Positions 1-14,308 of a DNA stretch of 64,000 nt are shown here, in pieces. The DNA comes from Vitrella brassicaformis CCMP3155 (Eukaryota; Protista; Chromerida): NCBI GenBank assembly GCA_001179505.1, contig CDMY01000317.1, positions 60,089 to 124,088 on the forward strand, written 5' to 3'. Numbering within the stretch: position 1 is the first letter of the stretch; each line of letters starts with the position of its first letter. A program made the position numbers and the translations under genes. The notes under the pieces are model-generated. The model did no database searches. It had not been told where the DNA came from and worked only from the letters and a program-made list of their open reading frames with translations.

Positions 1-2173
1 CCCCCACTGGGCCGCCTCGTCCAGAATGGCCCGCTGCACCACCTCACGCAACTCCATCTTGCGGCCGCCCACACCGCCAACCACAAAGCACTGCAGCTGC
101 GGCACACGCACCACCTGGCCGCCCACATCGGCCGTCCCGCCGACCACCTCCCTGTTGCTGCTGGCCTGGTACACTGCCGACTTGACGAAGTGCTCCGCTG
201 CCGCACACAGACGCCGAGCCATGTCGGAGTGCCGCACACCGATGGCCTCCTCTGTGGTGGTCTCCTGGGCGGCATCCATGTCGAAGAGGTATGACGCGAT
301 GAGCCAGCCGAAGATGAGGGCCTCCTGCGGGCCGACGGCCAGCCGGGGTGTCAGGAGGGCCGCGAGGGAGCGGTGGGGGGCGAGGGCGGCGTTGACGGCC
401 GACATGACGGCAGGGCCCACCTCGTTGAGCACCGACGCATACTCCGTCAGCACCAGCTGGCGGCCACAGCGGTCTCTCTCTGTGGCTGTGGAGATGGTGG
501 TGATGCCGGCCCCCGCCCGCAGCAGACTGCGGATGGTCAGCTTGTAGCCGTCAATCTCGGCGTCGTCCTCATCCTGGGCCTGCTGGCGCTTATAGAGCTC
601 GTAGGCAGCCCTGGCGAGGGGCGTCCAGCCGCCGTCGTCGGCCCGTCTGTTGATCTGGTCAGCGGGCAGCTTGCGGCAGAGGTAGTCGGCCACGTGGGGA
701 GAGCCATGCGCTGCCGCGTAATGCAGTGGCGTGCATCCAATGCGGGCATCGACTGCCATCATGTCGGCCCCGTTCGCCGTGATGAGGTCTAGGTAGGCGT
801 CGATGAAGGACTGGGGATAGTGGCCCTTTGAGTTGACGGCTGCCTTGTGCACCAGGTTGTTGCCGACGTCTCGTTCGGTGGCGAGGGTGGGGTTTCGTTC
901 GATGAGTTGCCGATACATCGACATGAGCAGCTGCAGATACTCGGGGGGAGGCGGACGCAGCGGACGGGGCAGCGCCATCACCATGGGTGAGTCTGGTGGT
1001 ACGCGCATGTGGATGTTGCGGCGGGCCGTCAGGATGTCGAAGGCCGTCTGATTGCCGCATGCAATCGCCAAGTGGAGGGGCGTCTGTTCCGTCTCGTCGG
1101 CTGCCGCATTGGGGTCGGCTCGTCCGTCGAGCAGTGCGGTCAGAACGGCCCTCTGCAGCTCGTCAGACGACCACTGCGGCAGGGCGACGGGACGCTCATC
1201 ATTGTCGCCCACACTGCCTTCGGCTTCGATGGTCATGACCGTGTAGTCCGACTTGTTGTCAATGGCGAGACACAGGAGCGGGTAGCCGAGGACCACACCA
1301 TTGCTGTCCTTGACCACCAGCCCCGTCATGACATCTGGGTGGGCGCCCTGCTGTCGGATGAGGTCGGTCACTTCTCGCGCGCTGGTGAAGCGGCGGCCGA
1401 TGATGCACCGTGACAGCAGTTTGGTGGCGTCGTTGGTGCACTCGGGGAACCGAGCCTCCAGCTCATCGAGTCCGAAGTGGTCGTCAGGCACAGGGATAGT
1501 GGGATCCGCAAGGCCACTGAGAGGATGACCTGCAACACACAGCCACCATACAGCAGACGGCGATTGAACAGCTGTGGGCACAGGACCTTTTCTCGCGTCT
1601 GTCTGGCGTACCTTCCTCCTCATATTCAATGAAGCCGTCGTCGGAGTATCCGTCATCGATATCGTCATCTTGGTCGTCGTCATCCTCCTCCTCCTCCTCC
1701 TCCCACATGCCATCCTGACACACAACAAAGAGGCAGAGGGGCGGAAAATGACGTACGTGCCTCCATCGCATGGACCAGTGTTGGTGTCGATGAGTGCCTC
1801 ACCGATTCGCTATCACTTCCCTCCTCGTCGGCCATCTCATTGGCCATCCCGTCCTCCTCATGCTGCTGCTGGCCGCCTGGACACCAACACACACACCTGG
1901 CATGAGTGTGCTGCTGGTGTGTGTGTGCGTCGAATGGTCTGTGTGGCAGGTCTAGTCACTCACCGCTGTCTGCGCCATTGCGATCTGATTCCTCAGCCTG
2001 CCCACTGCCGCCATGCTCCTCCTCAGCTACATCGCCTGCACACACCGGGTCGCCTGCACACACACACACACACACGTAATGGCGAGGACGGTGTGTGTTT
2101 GATGTGTTGTCGTAGTGGTGTGTGGCGTACCTGCATCGCCATCAGCACCGTCCGCCATGGCAGTGGAGGCCAT
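1..2173 (-). CDS. Ankyrin-repeat protein, lineage-expanded family, copy 1 (spliced; 3' end beyond window start)
   Basis: ATG at 2173 (MASTAMADG), acidic exons (WEEEEEEDDDDQDDDIDD), then a long exon running off position 1. Reverse complement is highly similar to 29427-31081 and 62540-64000, with ankyrin-like TPLHYAA and the shared C-terminal block. Confidence 0.85.
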
Positions 2174-2827
2174 GTGGCTGTCGTGAGTCTCAGACATCAC
2201 TCAAAACAGACACCAACAGCTGCACCGACCACACACACAGAGCTGCACCGACCACACACACAGAGAGGCGACAAGGGATGGGCAGACACCTGGTGCATGT
2301 CTTGTGTGTGTGCTCGCCCACCTAGCTATGAGTCAAATGGTATACAATGGCGCTCAATCAGTCCGCCCCGAGACAGACCTGCACAACACGACAACGACAC
2401 ACAAGGTAGCAAGCCACCCGTCCATTAACGAGCCCCTTCACGCGCTTTCCTCCTGCTGCTGCTCGTACGTCACCTGATGTGGCGCACGGCTCTGATCGGC
2501 CCTCGTAAGCCCGATGATTGTCCGCCAATCGCGCATGCACCAACTGTCACGCACAGAGAGAGATAGATCTCCACACAACCTATGTGCACAGCAGTGTGAA
2601 GCCGCTGTGAGTGCAGTCCTCCATCACTGCTTCCTTCGTTTCGACGAGCGATTTCCATCTGCGAGCTAATCTGCAAGCCCTCTTGAGCTTGCAAAAGTGA
2701 GTGGAAAGAAAGAGGGAAGCAGGCAGTGACGGGTAGCGAGGTAGGGGATCCACGCGTCAGAGGCGTGCGGCTTCTGTCTGTGTGAGAGTCATCCTGTGGA
2801 GGCGCCATTGCGGCTGTGTCACTTGAG

Positions 2828-4944
2828 ATGATAGGGGAGCACCCCGCTCGGCCTCCCCGTCGGCACATCCAGGTGGTGTCGGCCCTCCACCAGCCGGCGC
2901 CGGTCATCGAGACAGTGGCCTCGCCCAATGGAGGCCCGAACAAGATACTCGTCAAGAACACTTTCCTGCACCTCTCGGAGGAGCTGCAGGACGTCCTCTC
3001 TAGAAGGTACGCACCATCACACATTCGCACACAAGAGGGAGGGCATAGCCAACAACAGGTCGGTCCTCACATCACTCTGATTGGTGTGTTGCTGTGTGAC
3101 ACACACAATGCAGGCCGCGGACGGAGTCTAGCGATGCGGTGTTGGACGGTCCTCGGACGCCCAAGCTCAACATAGCGGAGACTGTGTATGAAAACTCTGT
3201 GTTTCCCCCCGTGGCTGAGCACCCCGAGCACGAGAGCGAGGCCGAGGAGGCGGCGTCGGGCGATGCCAACTCGAACGCATCCACGGCGCCGTCACACGGA
3301 CACACGGGGGCGGGGGGAGGGGGAGGGGGGCAGGGCGGCATGCCGCAGATGCAGCAGGGACAGTCGCCCGGCGTGGGAGGGGGTGCGGGTGGTGCCCCGG
3401 GTGTGGGCGGCATGGGGGCCGCCCAGCAGCCACCTAGTGCAGTGCCGTGCATGACGTCGTCATCGCCGCTGCCGTCCCCGTCCATCCCGCCCACACACGG
3501 CCAGCCGCCATCGGCGCAGGGCGGGCCGGGGGGCGGTGGGGGACCACCCAATCGGAGCGGCAGCATGCCCACACGACACGATGTACGTGACGTGATTGAA
3601 CACTATGGGATTGGGGTGAAGCAGAGAGTCTTGAGTGGTTTGTCTGTGGAGTGGATGTCGTATGATTGGATTGGATTGGATGGGTGCAGCGTCCTGTGAG
3701 TGCGGCGACTCAGGGTTTGTTGGATCAGATCAACGCCGTGATGGTCGACACGTCGGACCCTGACTATGTCCCCACGCCAAACATAAGTACACACACACAA
3801 CACAGCACAACACACTGCCGGCACGTGTAGTGAATGTCTGTGTCTGTGTCTGTGTCTGTGTGTGTCTGTCACCTCTCGTCTCGTCTCGTCTCGTCTCGTC
3901 TTCTCGTGTGCAGGTGAGTTGCCCCAGCCGCAGCACGGGTTGACGACGGTGATGCTGCGCAACATCCCCAACAAGTACACCCAGAGGATGCTACTCGACG
4001 TCATGAACAAACATTTCAAGGTCAGTCAGTCACCTCAACTGCAGTGCACTGCACACACAGCCAAGCCCAGACACGGAGACAGCGCTGCTCTGCTGGACTG
4101 ACTGACTGACTGACACCTGTGTGTTCCCTCGGTGCATTTCTTCATTCCTTCCAGGGTCTGTACGACTTCTTCTACCTGCCCATCGACTTCCGAAACAAAT
4201 GTAATGTGTGTCACGCCATGCAGCCAGAGATCTGCCATTCGTGTGTCTGTCTCTGACAGTGCCTGTCTGTCTGTCTGTCTGTTTGTCTGTGTGTGGTTGG
4301 TTGGTTGGTCGGTGCAGGCAACGTGGGTTACGCGTTCATCAACTTCATCCACAGCCACTACGCCGAGATGTTCAAGAACATGTTCCACGGATACAAACTC
4401 AACGCCTTCAAATCCCACAAGGTAGCTGGCGTGACGTGACGTGACGGACACACACCACACACATCCAAGTGACACAGCAGGGCCGTCTCTATGTCTCTTC
4501 TGTTGGGGTGTGTGTCTGTCTGTGTAGGTGTGTGAGGTGTCATGGGGCCGTGTGCAGGGGCTGAGGGACAACATCGAGCACTACCGCAACTCTGCGGTAC
4601 GTTTGTTTGTTACTCGGGTGGTGTGCCCACACAGGCAGGCGGTAGCCTCGCCCTCATCGCCCTTATCGCCTGTCCGTCTGTCCTCCCCTGTCTCCCCCGT
4701 CTCCCCTGTCTCCCCTGTGTGTGTTCACAGGTGATGTCCATCCCGATTCCGCAGTACAAGCCGCTCCTGTTCAAGAACGGCATTCAGATCCCATTCCCCG
4801 ACGCAGACGGACCACTGCCCAGGTCAGTCAGTGAGGGAGAGAGAGAGAGAGAGAGAGACCCAGCCCAAGCACAAACAACTCACCCACAATCCCTGTCTGT
4901 CTGTCTGTCCGTTCAGTGTGAAGCTCCGACCGCAGAAATGCTGA
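2828..4944 (+). CDS. mei2: Mei2-like RNA-binding protein (C-terminal Mei2-type RRM)
   Basis: Spliced product contains [51 protein letters not shown]...KVCEVSWGRVQGLRDNIEHYRNSAVM...YKPLLF, the Mei2/AML RRM3 signature. GT-AG introns keep frame, ending SVKLRPQKC* at 4944. N-terminus is low-complexity. Confidence 0.92.
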
Positions 4945-5373
4945 GAGCGCGGGAGCGAGGGAGCGAGGAGGGAGAGAGAGGAGACACGGCGCGCGCCCCT
5001 CCCGCAGCTATCGTCCTTGCGTCAGCCATTCCATATGTGCTCGGCCGCCCCTCCCCGCCCCTCCCTCCTTCCCCCCTGTTCGTTTGTCACTTGTGTGTGG
5101 GCCGGGCTGGCGCATGGAAGCAAGCGATGGGAGGTGAGGTGGGGTGTACTTGCCGACCGACCTGCCTGCCTGCCTGCCTGCTCGTGTGTGTGTGTGTGAG
5201 AGAGAGCTGACCTCACACACACCATCGATGTGTCCCTCTGCGTGTGATGTGTTGTGTTGTGCTGTGGCGTGTTGTGCTGACTGGCATGACCCCACCCGGT
5301 CGCTCGTCTCTCCGCCCGCACCCTCACTCATTGGCTGACCTGTCTCTCTCTGTCTGTCTGAGTGAGATGAATG

Positions 5374-5412
5374 AATGGTGCCTGTGATGGTGCCTGTGAT
5401 GGTGCGTGTGAT
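5374..5412. repeat. Short tandem repeat, about 3 x 14-bp ATGGTGCCTGTG(AT)-like unit
   Basis: gaatggtgcctgtgatggtgcctgtgatggtgcgtgtgatgg read directly. Confidence 0.7.
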
Positions 5413-8400
5413 GGATGGATGGATGGACACGACAGGCAGGCCGTATTTTTGTCTGCGCGTGGAGAAACGAACGACAGAGGGGAGGGAGGGAGGGAGGTAA
5501 AGTTAAGGAGAGTGGAGTGGAGACTGCCGCATTCATGTCATGTAGCCAGCCTGCCAGCAGACACACACCTGCCTACATATGCTCGTATACGCACTCTCGC
5601 CATGTGTGTGTGTGTGTGTGACTGTGACTGAGTGAGTGTGTGGCCCCTCACCCCGATCTCTCTCTCTCCCTGTCTGTCTGTCTGTCTGTATTTGTCTCGT
5701 GCTGTTTTTCCAAAGGCCACCTCTCGCCCTCCCTCTTGCCGCGTCTGTCTTGTCTGTCAGGCTCTTCATTGGCCGCTCGTGTGTCACGCCGGTCCGCCAC
5801 ACACACACACATATATATACACACACATACGCCCTAGTTTTGTTTAGCCACACAAACAAGGGGTAGAGGGGGGATTTTGGGTCACGGTGTTGATTTGCAC
5901 GCCACCGATGGATGGGATGGACACGCACGCGCGGCGCTCACCGATCAAGAGACTCACTCGCCCACCTCTCACGCTTCGGCCACGTCTGTGTGGGGGAGGC
6001 AGGCAGGCAGGCAGGCAGGTCAGTCACTTCAGACTTGCTGTAGGTAGCTGCTACTGGAGAGATGGGGAGGGAAGGAGGGAGGGAGGTAGAGAGAGATCGG
6101 AAGTGTTTCTTTCGGCCGCCATCCAATCCACCCACTGCACACACAACACAACACAACACAACTCTCACACTCCACTCACGGGACAGACATGCAGCAGAGA
6201 CGGACAGGCAGGCACTTGTTAGTCAGGGTGGATGGATGGAGAGAGGAGAGGGGCGCTTCACTGGCTGGCTGTAGGAACGAAAGATCGAAAGAACAAAGAA
6301 CCTGTAGCGTAGCAAGTACGGAGAGAAAATCACTATCTGACTGACGGACTGACTAGGTAGGTAGGTAGCTGGCTGTCGGCTGACATTTTTCCTCGTTGGT
6401 GGCGGGCCGGCTGGCCGGCCAGGCGAGTGAGGGACAGCAACCAACCGTGCCCACGTGGTGTGCTGTGCGCAGCCTGTCTGTCTGTCTGTCTGTGTGTGTG
6501 ATGCTTGTGCAGCTCAGCTGTCACTCTCGGGTGGTGCGGCGTACTTGCGAGTCTCTCTTTCCCCCACTTACCGCTCCTCGTTTTTCGAAGGCCTCTTCCC
6601 CAAGTGTCTGTCGTTGAATCCGTCCGTCCGTCCGTCGCGTCACACGCCATTGTCAGTCAGTCACTCTAGTCGAATGGATGATGTGTCTATCTGTGTTCGC
6701 CGGTCGGTCGGTCGGTCAGTCAGCGCATGTCACATATACCACACGAGGGAGGGAAGGAAGGCTCATAGGTGGGTGGGGATAAGGGAACACAACACCCCCG
6801 CACTGCCTTTGTCTGGCTGTCGGCCGGATGTGTGGGTGTGTCTGTCTGTCTGTCTGCTCAGCGGCTGTACTTGATCATTTTTCTGAGCGATTGACGCAAC
6901 ACACGCGGGGTGAGTGAGAGCGCGAGTGCATACCTACCATACATGTGTGTGTGTGGCGTGGCGGATTGGATGGCGCATTTTTTCGCACGCTGGCACGTCC
7001 GTCTGTCTGTCTCGCTGTCTGTCTGTCTGTCTGTCCGGATGTGCTCTATCACTCTCTGTTTCTCTCTCCGCGTGCGTGTCCGTAATCTCCATGCCGTGTG
7101 TGTATGTTTCAATGTACCATGGATGGGCGGTTGTGGTGTATGGTGTGTGTGGTGTCCGGGGCGCTTTGAAACGGGGAGACAACGAGCGAGAGGGGCGGTG
7201 TGCTGCCTTGTGCTGTGTTTGTGTGTGTGTGGGTGTGTGTGGCCCTGTGCTGCTCCTACCATAGCCTTCCCTCCCTCCTTTGTGGTTCGTTCTTCCCTCC
7301 GCCGGTGCCGACGCCGAGTGCGGTGGTCAAGACATGATCAGCGCGCTCACCGTCTGCACCGGCCTGGCGAGAAAACCTTCTGCACGAGAGAGAGGAAGCG
7401 ACCGATGCGATGCAGCGGTGTGTATTATCAGCTTATATGCCATCAATCCATCCATGGGCTATGTATGCTGCGATGCCATAATGAGTGTGCGGGACGCACA
7501 GGCAGATATGTTCGTTCGCAGGGAAGGGATGGTGGGTGGTTTGTATATGTATAGTTAGTAGCACAGAAGACGGGATGGATTGGATGGTGTGGTGGTGCTG
7601 CTAGTCACACTCACTGAGCAGCTGCTTTCTTTCTGTGCTGCATTGCATCCATCGGTCTGGCTGCATGCTTCTCTTGCTGTCTGTCTGTCTGTCTGTCTTT
7701 GTGCCTGTGTGCGTCGATTGATTGCCCTTATTGCTGTCCCTCCGTCACGTTACGTCACATCACGTCACCCTCACGTGTGCAGCACGGCAGCGACCATCCA
7801 TCCATCCATCCCACTGGCTTCATCGATCCCATGACACCGCATCACATCACATCGCATGGCCACCCTTCACGACTGACTGACTGGATGATCCATCGCATGT
7901 CTCTCTGTGTATGTGTGCGTGTGCCTGTCTTTATTTGTCATTCGCGTGGCTGGCTGGATGGCCGATCGCTCGATCGCTCGATCCAGCCTCACTTCTTTCC
8001 TTCCTGCCAGTGGCTGTGTTCTCGTCTGTGCCCGCCCCGCCCCGTTCACCTATCTCTCTGTTTCCCTTTGACTACTCCTGTCTTTGTCAGTCGTGCCGGC
8101 GGCGCCTCTGGTGACGACACACTGGAGGCCGCCGGCGCGCTCGCATAGCGGGCAAAGACCCAACACCACCACTGCCATGCCATGCACCATTGCAGAACAG
8201 AACAGAACAGTCCTTCTTCCTTCCCTACTCCTTCGTCTGTCTGTTCTCCTTGCCGGCTGACTGATTGAGTGAATGGACGGACTCAGTGATTGATGCATGA
8301 GATGAGGGAGGGCGGGGAGAGGGCCGGGCCGGGAGGGATTCTTTCTACCTCTCTATCTTTGTATGTGCCACGTACGTTGTGTGTGTTGGCTGATGGATTG

Positions 8401-9373
8401 AAGGGTCTCAGCACAGGGAGGGCAGCTCGGCTCTTGCTTGTCGAGACGACCGAGCGGTCGAGGATTGAGACGATCGACTGACTGACTGACTGACTGCATG
8501 TGACGAAGCGATACGTGACGAAGCGAATGAGTGGATCGGATGCGTTAAGGAAGGAATGCGAAAGCAACTAAATGAACGAACAACAGCTGGGCTGAAAGAA
8601 GAGTTGTGTGTATCATGTGTGTCCATGAGTGCCGACCATCTCTGCGAGACCGACTTGGAGAGACAGGGGGGTCTTTTTCGGCAGACCAGACGGACAGACA
8701 GACAGACAGACACACACCCACCGTAGACATAGGACATTCGCTGCCATGGGAGGGAGGAGGGAGGAGGGGGGATGCTTTCTTGCTCGTCCGGGACGGCCCG
8801 TGTTTTCAAGGGCTGTCACGCAACAAGGGCCTGCCGGTCTCTATCTATCTATTGTCGTGTGTGTACGCTAGCTATGTGGCCGGCAGTGTCCATCTGTTTG
8901 TCTGTCTGTCTTCATCTGTTGATGGTTTGCGTAGTGTGGCAGGCAGCATACCATGCACAGACGCATAGACAGATCAGATCGGTCGCACACCCCTCGCCCA
9001 CCCCCTCTCTCTCCCTCCCTGTCTGTCTCCTTTGCCCTTTTCTCTCTCCCCCTGTGTGTCGGTCTGTCTGTCAGTCAGGGAAGTCAGTCACTGCAGGCAC
9101 CAGTGGTTAATTGTATGTGTGTGTTGTGTATCGGTATTGCTTTGCCGTCTGTTTGTGTGCATGTGAGTGCGGGGCTGGACGGACCTCAGCTGGCTTCCCT
9201 TCCTGTTCGTTCGTTCGCTCGTTCAACCGACGGAATTCAACTCTCACGTGAGCACACGGCACAACAGCTACTCTCAGTTGCATTTGTTGATTGATCGGTT
9301 GACGCATCCGCGGACCCGGGCAGGTCACACACACAGCACAGAGATGAACCCCATGGGCACCAACACATACATG

Positions 9374-9755
9374 TCAGATGCCGTCTGTGATGCCAAGCCG
9401 CTTCTGGATGTCACGCGCCTCCTACAAACACAAACACAAACACACACACACACACATCAACAAAGTGCCCTTTCTGCCATGCCCACTCCCCCTCCCTCCC
9501 TCCCTCCCTCCCCCCCCTCACATACGTCGTAAGCCTGCAGTCGCTTGAGCAGCTTGACCGCCCGGCGTGGCATGTCCAGCCCCCCCTCCCTGCTGGGCTG
9601 GGCGTGCTTGACGGCCATGGTGGCGCACATCTGGACGCAGCTGCCGAGACCCTCGGGCCGCCCGGCGACCATCCAACCCAATGGCAGGTCCATCACATAC
9701 TGACGGACGAGTGGCATTATGGATGAGATGAATTACAAGAGAGCGAGACGGAGGG

Positions 9756-9789
<34 letters not shown>

Positions 9790-12700
9790 TCTCGATCTCG
9801 TGCGTGTGTGTGTGTGTGGTTCGGCGTCATGTCTCACTCACTCTTACCCGTTCCAGGGGGTCGATATCGTCAGGGCGCGATGCGGAGAGACACCTGGCCA
9901 GCCGCTGCTGCCAAACCTCCTGCATGCGCCGCGCCACACACACATAAAGGCAGCACACGATCGGCACAGCACAACACAGCACAGCACACGAGTGGCAAAT
10001 GAGATGAGCACACACCACATCTTCCTTCCGGCCGCCCACCTCACTCACCTTGACAACGAACTGCTGAATAGCGTTTGTGCTGAGAACGTCCTGCCACTCC
10101 GCCGCACAGCGCGACACCTTGAGGGCTCGCCACACCTGACGCACCACCAGGGGGGACAGCGGGCCTTCCGGGAGGCTGCTCGGGCTCGTCTGGGGGAAGG
10201 CCAGGAGGTCGTCGATGCAGGCCGTCATGCGCTTCACTGCTGCTTCTAACACCTCCTGTGTGGAAGGGTCGACAAAGATGCAGGCCTGCAGCCTGTGTGC
10301 CTTGTGCCTTGTGTGTGGAGGGGGGTACGTTGATCGGTTTGGTGGAGGCTTCGTCGTCGGCTCTGAAGAGCAGCAGCTCGTTGAGCAGCTCCACACACCT
10401 GCACAACGAACGGATAAAGACGGCCCGATGAATGAATGAATGAATGCATGTGTGTCTCTGTCTGTCTGTCCGTCTGTCTGCCCATTCATTCATTCATTCA
10501 TGTGTTCACCCACCTCTTCGTCTGTGTGAGGGAGGTGGGATCCCAATAGGCCTCCAGCCACGCCTTAATCCGGGGAAACACCGCCTGCAGTGGGCCAAAC
10601 ACACACACACACACACACGCGGAACAAGACAAGACGCCATGCACAGCCAGCACTTCGTGTGAAGCCTCTAGAGCTCCCAGCTCCCACCCTCTCCTCTCCA
10701 CCCCTCACTGACTCACCTTAAAGACCAGCTGTGGCACTAGGTCTCCGTCGGGGTCCTCCTTGCCGTCGGCCTGTGTGTCGATGTCGGTGTAGGTCACCAT
10801 CAGCTCATACCACTCGAACTCCTCCAGCGTCGCGCTGCCGATCAGACGACGGCCGCCGTACCACACCGCACTCTCAGCGTCGGCGGCCGAACCTGACAGA
10901 CACACGGCCACATCCATTGACACACGCAGAGGTACTGAGGAGGGGGGAGAAGGGAGAAGGGTGTGGTGTGGGTGGCTAGGTCACCTACCTGTGGCGAAGG
11001 GGTCCCACCAGAGTAACTGGAGTGTGACGAAGGGCTGCAGCACCTCCAGCAGGCTCATCCCGCAGTAGCTGGCCCGATAACGGTCGTTGTGCCTGTGTAG
11101 CCATGGACAGTGTCGGGATTGTGTGCTGTGAATGAGTGTGTGTGGTTGACTGATTACTTGGTTTTGAACTCCTTGAACCGCTCGAGTATGTGGTGGACGG
11201 ACCTGAAGTCCTCTGACGCATCACGGAAGATCGCCTGAGCCGCCTCGCAGAACTTCTCTGCAACAGTGTGGTGTGGACAGACACACCTTTGATGTCGCAC
11301 ACAAGTGTCAGGGCTTGCTCATGTACTTCTGTCAGCGACGAGCTGCTCCTTCCCATCGTCCTGGTCATCGTCAGACGTCACCCACCTGCACACAGACACG
11401 CCACGCACCACAGCCACAGAGACAGACACACAGACACAGACAAACAGATGCCTCCCTGCCCTGCCTGCATCCGACCTCCTGTGTGCGCACCCCACCCTGC
11501 CACGCCATGCCCACTCACCCGTCCTCGAGTATGTCTGATTGCTTCTGCCCGCCGAGCGATTTGGCCATGATGCGCTGCCTCTGTTGGTTTCGCCGCTTCT
11601 GCCGCCTGTCGATGCGCTGCAGCCGCGCCTGGTTGTGGTGGAACGCACGACTCCGGCCGAACTCATCCTTCTCGTCTGCACACACCACACCACACCACAC
11701 CACACACATATGCAGTTAGTATCCACTCGTATGTCTGTATGTGTGTTGAAGGGTGTGAGGTGACGCACCCTTGTTCTCCTGTTGGAACTTTGGGTGTCGC
11801 TCGCCCGCCTGGAAGAGCTCGTCGTCCAGCTCCTGCACACGACGATTCCACCTGACGGAGAGGGAGGAGAGAGGGCGGGCGGGCCGCGGAGGGAGGCACT
11901 GGTTGTCTTTTTCTTGTGGGCCTTCCTTCCTTGTTTGTTGCTGCCGTGGGTACCGTACCTTCTCTTGGCGAAGTCGGCTTCCATCAGCTCGAGGGTTTGG
12001 AGGGCCACATTGACAGGCTCACTCTTGACGGCTGATCGGTGAGTGGATGGATGGATGGACGGATGGATCCACCACACACACACACACACACACACATATA
12101 CCACCACACAGAGACACAGAGAGAGGCAGCCGGTGTTTGTGTGATGTGACGGAGAATCCATTGTGGCCCCATCCCCATCCCACTGACTGACTGACTCACC
12201 GAGCAGTCCGCTGAGGTCCTCTATGTACTCCTCAAACCGCTGGAAGAAGTCGAGATCCTTGTCAAGCTCTGATACCCACCCACCCACCCACACACACACA
12301 CACACAGAGGGCATGCGCGAAACACCACGCCATGCCTTCCTCCCCGCACGCGCCTACTCTGAAGTTTCTTCTCAAGTGTGTCGATCATCTCGGCCGTGTC
12401 AGCCCTCTCCTTGGTCATCCCCTCATTACGAGACCGCCGCTTGGCCGCATCGCTACGCAGCACATGCGTCCGCATCTGCAGCCCCTGCAGCGCGGCATCG
12501 GGCGACGGAATGGTCACCATGGCCGTCGGGACGGACGACGGCAGAGGCAGAGCACCATACACGACGGGCGGCGGCGCGGAGACGGGCATCTCCTCGAAGG
12601 ACGGCTGCTGCTGGTGGTGGTAGTGGTATTGTGGTTGGGTGAGCGCCTCTCCAGCAGTCCTGCCTCTAGCCTTTCGGATCTGTTGCAGCTCCCACTGGCT

Positions 12701-14012
12701 GACCCCCTGCTCCAGCGCCATGGCCCCGCCCTCGAGGAGGTCCTCGTCCTCGTCCATCGACTGCGGCAGACGGCCGTTCTGACGGACAGGGTGGTCCTGC
12801 TGGACGGATGCGGATGCGGAGGCTGAGGGAGCCGCCTGGCCGAGCTGCCGCTGCACCTTGCTCGAGAGCTTCTTCAGACGATCAGATGAACCTGAAACAG
12901 ACCGCTTTTTTCTCCTTGCATCATCCTTGTTGTGGTTTGCTGGGTGCGTACCTATATCGTCAATGGGTGTGGTTGCGGAGAGCGGGACGGCGCTCGAGTC
13001 GAGCGAGATGAACTCCTCGGCTGACGACGCCGCCTGGCGCAGCTTCTCACGCTTGGCTCGCGCCAGACGGGCCAGCTCCTCGGCAGACGCTCCCTGCAAC
13101 ATGACATGACACACACAGGCCACATGGCATATGCACACGACAGACACGCCTGCTCGTCCTCACTCACCAGCTCGTCGTCTTCTGCGTCGTTGTCATCATC
13201 CAGTGTGTAGATCTTGGACGCCGTCGTCAGGCGTATCTCATCGCCCCCCTGACCTCCATGCATGTCTTCCTCCTCCTCCTCCCCTTCCAGACTGGCCGCC
13301 CGCAGCCGCTCCAGCATGTCCTCGTCCATCCCCTCATCAACACCCCTGCCCTTGCCGGCCGTCGAAAAGATGTTAGACGCCGGCCTGTTCTGACGACGGA
13401 TCGATCCCGGCCCATATCGGCCGCCCCCGCCGCCACCCATCTCTCTCTCATCGTCGCCTTGCGCGTCAGTGCTGTGGGTGGTGCGGAGGGTGACGGTCAC
13501 CCCGTCAGAGGTGACGGACGGCGGGCCTCTGGGTGGTTTGTCTGCTGGGGCGGGTGGCGGTGGGGGGGAGGGGGAGGGGGAGGGGAGATCGCCGCCTGCC
13601 GCCGCTGTCGGGCTGGGTGCGTCCTCATCGATGGGCTTGCGTCTGCTGCTGAGGGCTTTGCTGGCCTTGCTCTTGCGCACCTTGAAGGCGATCTCTTCAT
13701 CGGCCTGACGGACAGACACAGAGGGAGGGACAAGATGCATGTGATGTGATGGCATCACATCACTCATGTGTGCCGTGTTGATTTGATGCGCCGTGCGTGT
13801 GTGCGTACCTCCTCGGCCACACACACACTGGGCTTCGGTGCAGCCTTGGTGGCGACATTCCCAGGTCCATCGGCGGCAACAGCAGCAGCTTGCGCGCTGC
13901 TAGCATCGGGCTGCGCTTGCTGCACATCTTGCTCGTCTTCTTCTTCATCTGATGCCCTCAGCTTCTTGGCATCGGGCTTCTTGAAGCCGCGACGGGCAAA
14001 CAACGACGACAT
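9374..14012 (-). CDS. GC-rich sequence DNA-binding factor family (GCFC2/PAXBP1/ILP1, Ntr2-like spliceosome disassembly factor)
   Basis: Starts MSSLFARRGFKKPDAKKLR, with a low-complexity N-half and EEFISLD and WELQQIRK motifs. The C-terminal GCFC-like region has GWSSDDD, IFRDASEDFRSVHHILERFKEFK, PFVTLQLLWWDP, EEFEWY, DLVPQLV and AYWDPTSLTQT. Last exon EARDIQKRLGITDGI*. Confidence 0.8.
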
Positions 14013-14110
14013 GGCATGGACAGATCAATTGGACCGGGATCTTTGACGTCAGCCAACAGATCTGCTCCTGGCGCTATTGCACCTCTGCTGATCTTTCCGG
14101 CTCCCGTGTT

Positions 14111-14153
14111 TTGCGAGCTCTACAAGCGATCGGACCGTTTCTAAGCTCGCAAA
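14111..14153. promoter_or_regulatory. Candidate promoter element: inverted pair TTGCGAGCT / AAGCTCGCAAA in a divergent promoter
   Basis: Lies between ATGs at 14012 (-) and 14309 (+). The motif recurs in other divergent intergenic regions. Confidence 0.45.
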
Positions 14154-14308
14154 GACAACCAGTGCGCCGCCCATTCCAGCTCCAGCTTCCTGGTCCAAGA
14201 TCTGCACTTCCCTCTGTTCTTTGCATCTCAACTCTCTTAGATCTCCCTCAGCCACACTCTCCGAACACTCCCTTCGCAACCGTGAAAGTTTCTCTGCGAC
14301 GTCTGACG

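Noticed and set aside
26-1528. Many + strand ORFs, and equivalents at 29308-31090 and 63241-63962
   Set aside because: Antisense or off-frame shadows of GC-rich ankyrin exons. The true long frames of copies 1 and 3 are missing from the track only because they run off the window.
4950-9370. Dozens of 60-220 aa ORFs rich in VCVC/HTHT/LSVC
   Set aside because: Translations of CA/TG/TCTG microsatellites with no coherent exon chain.
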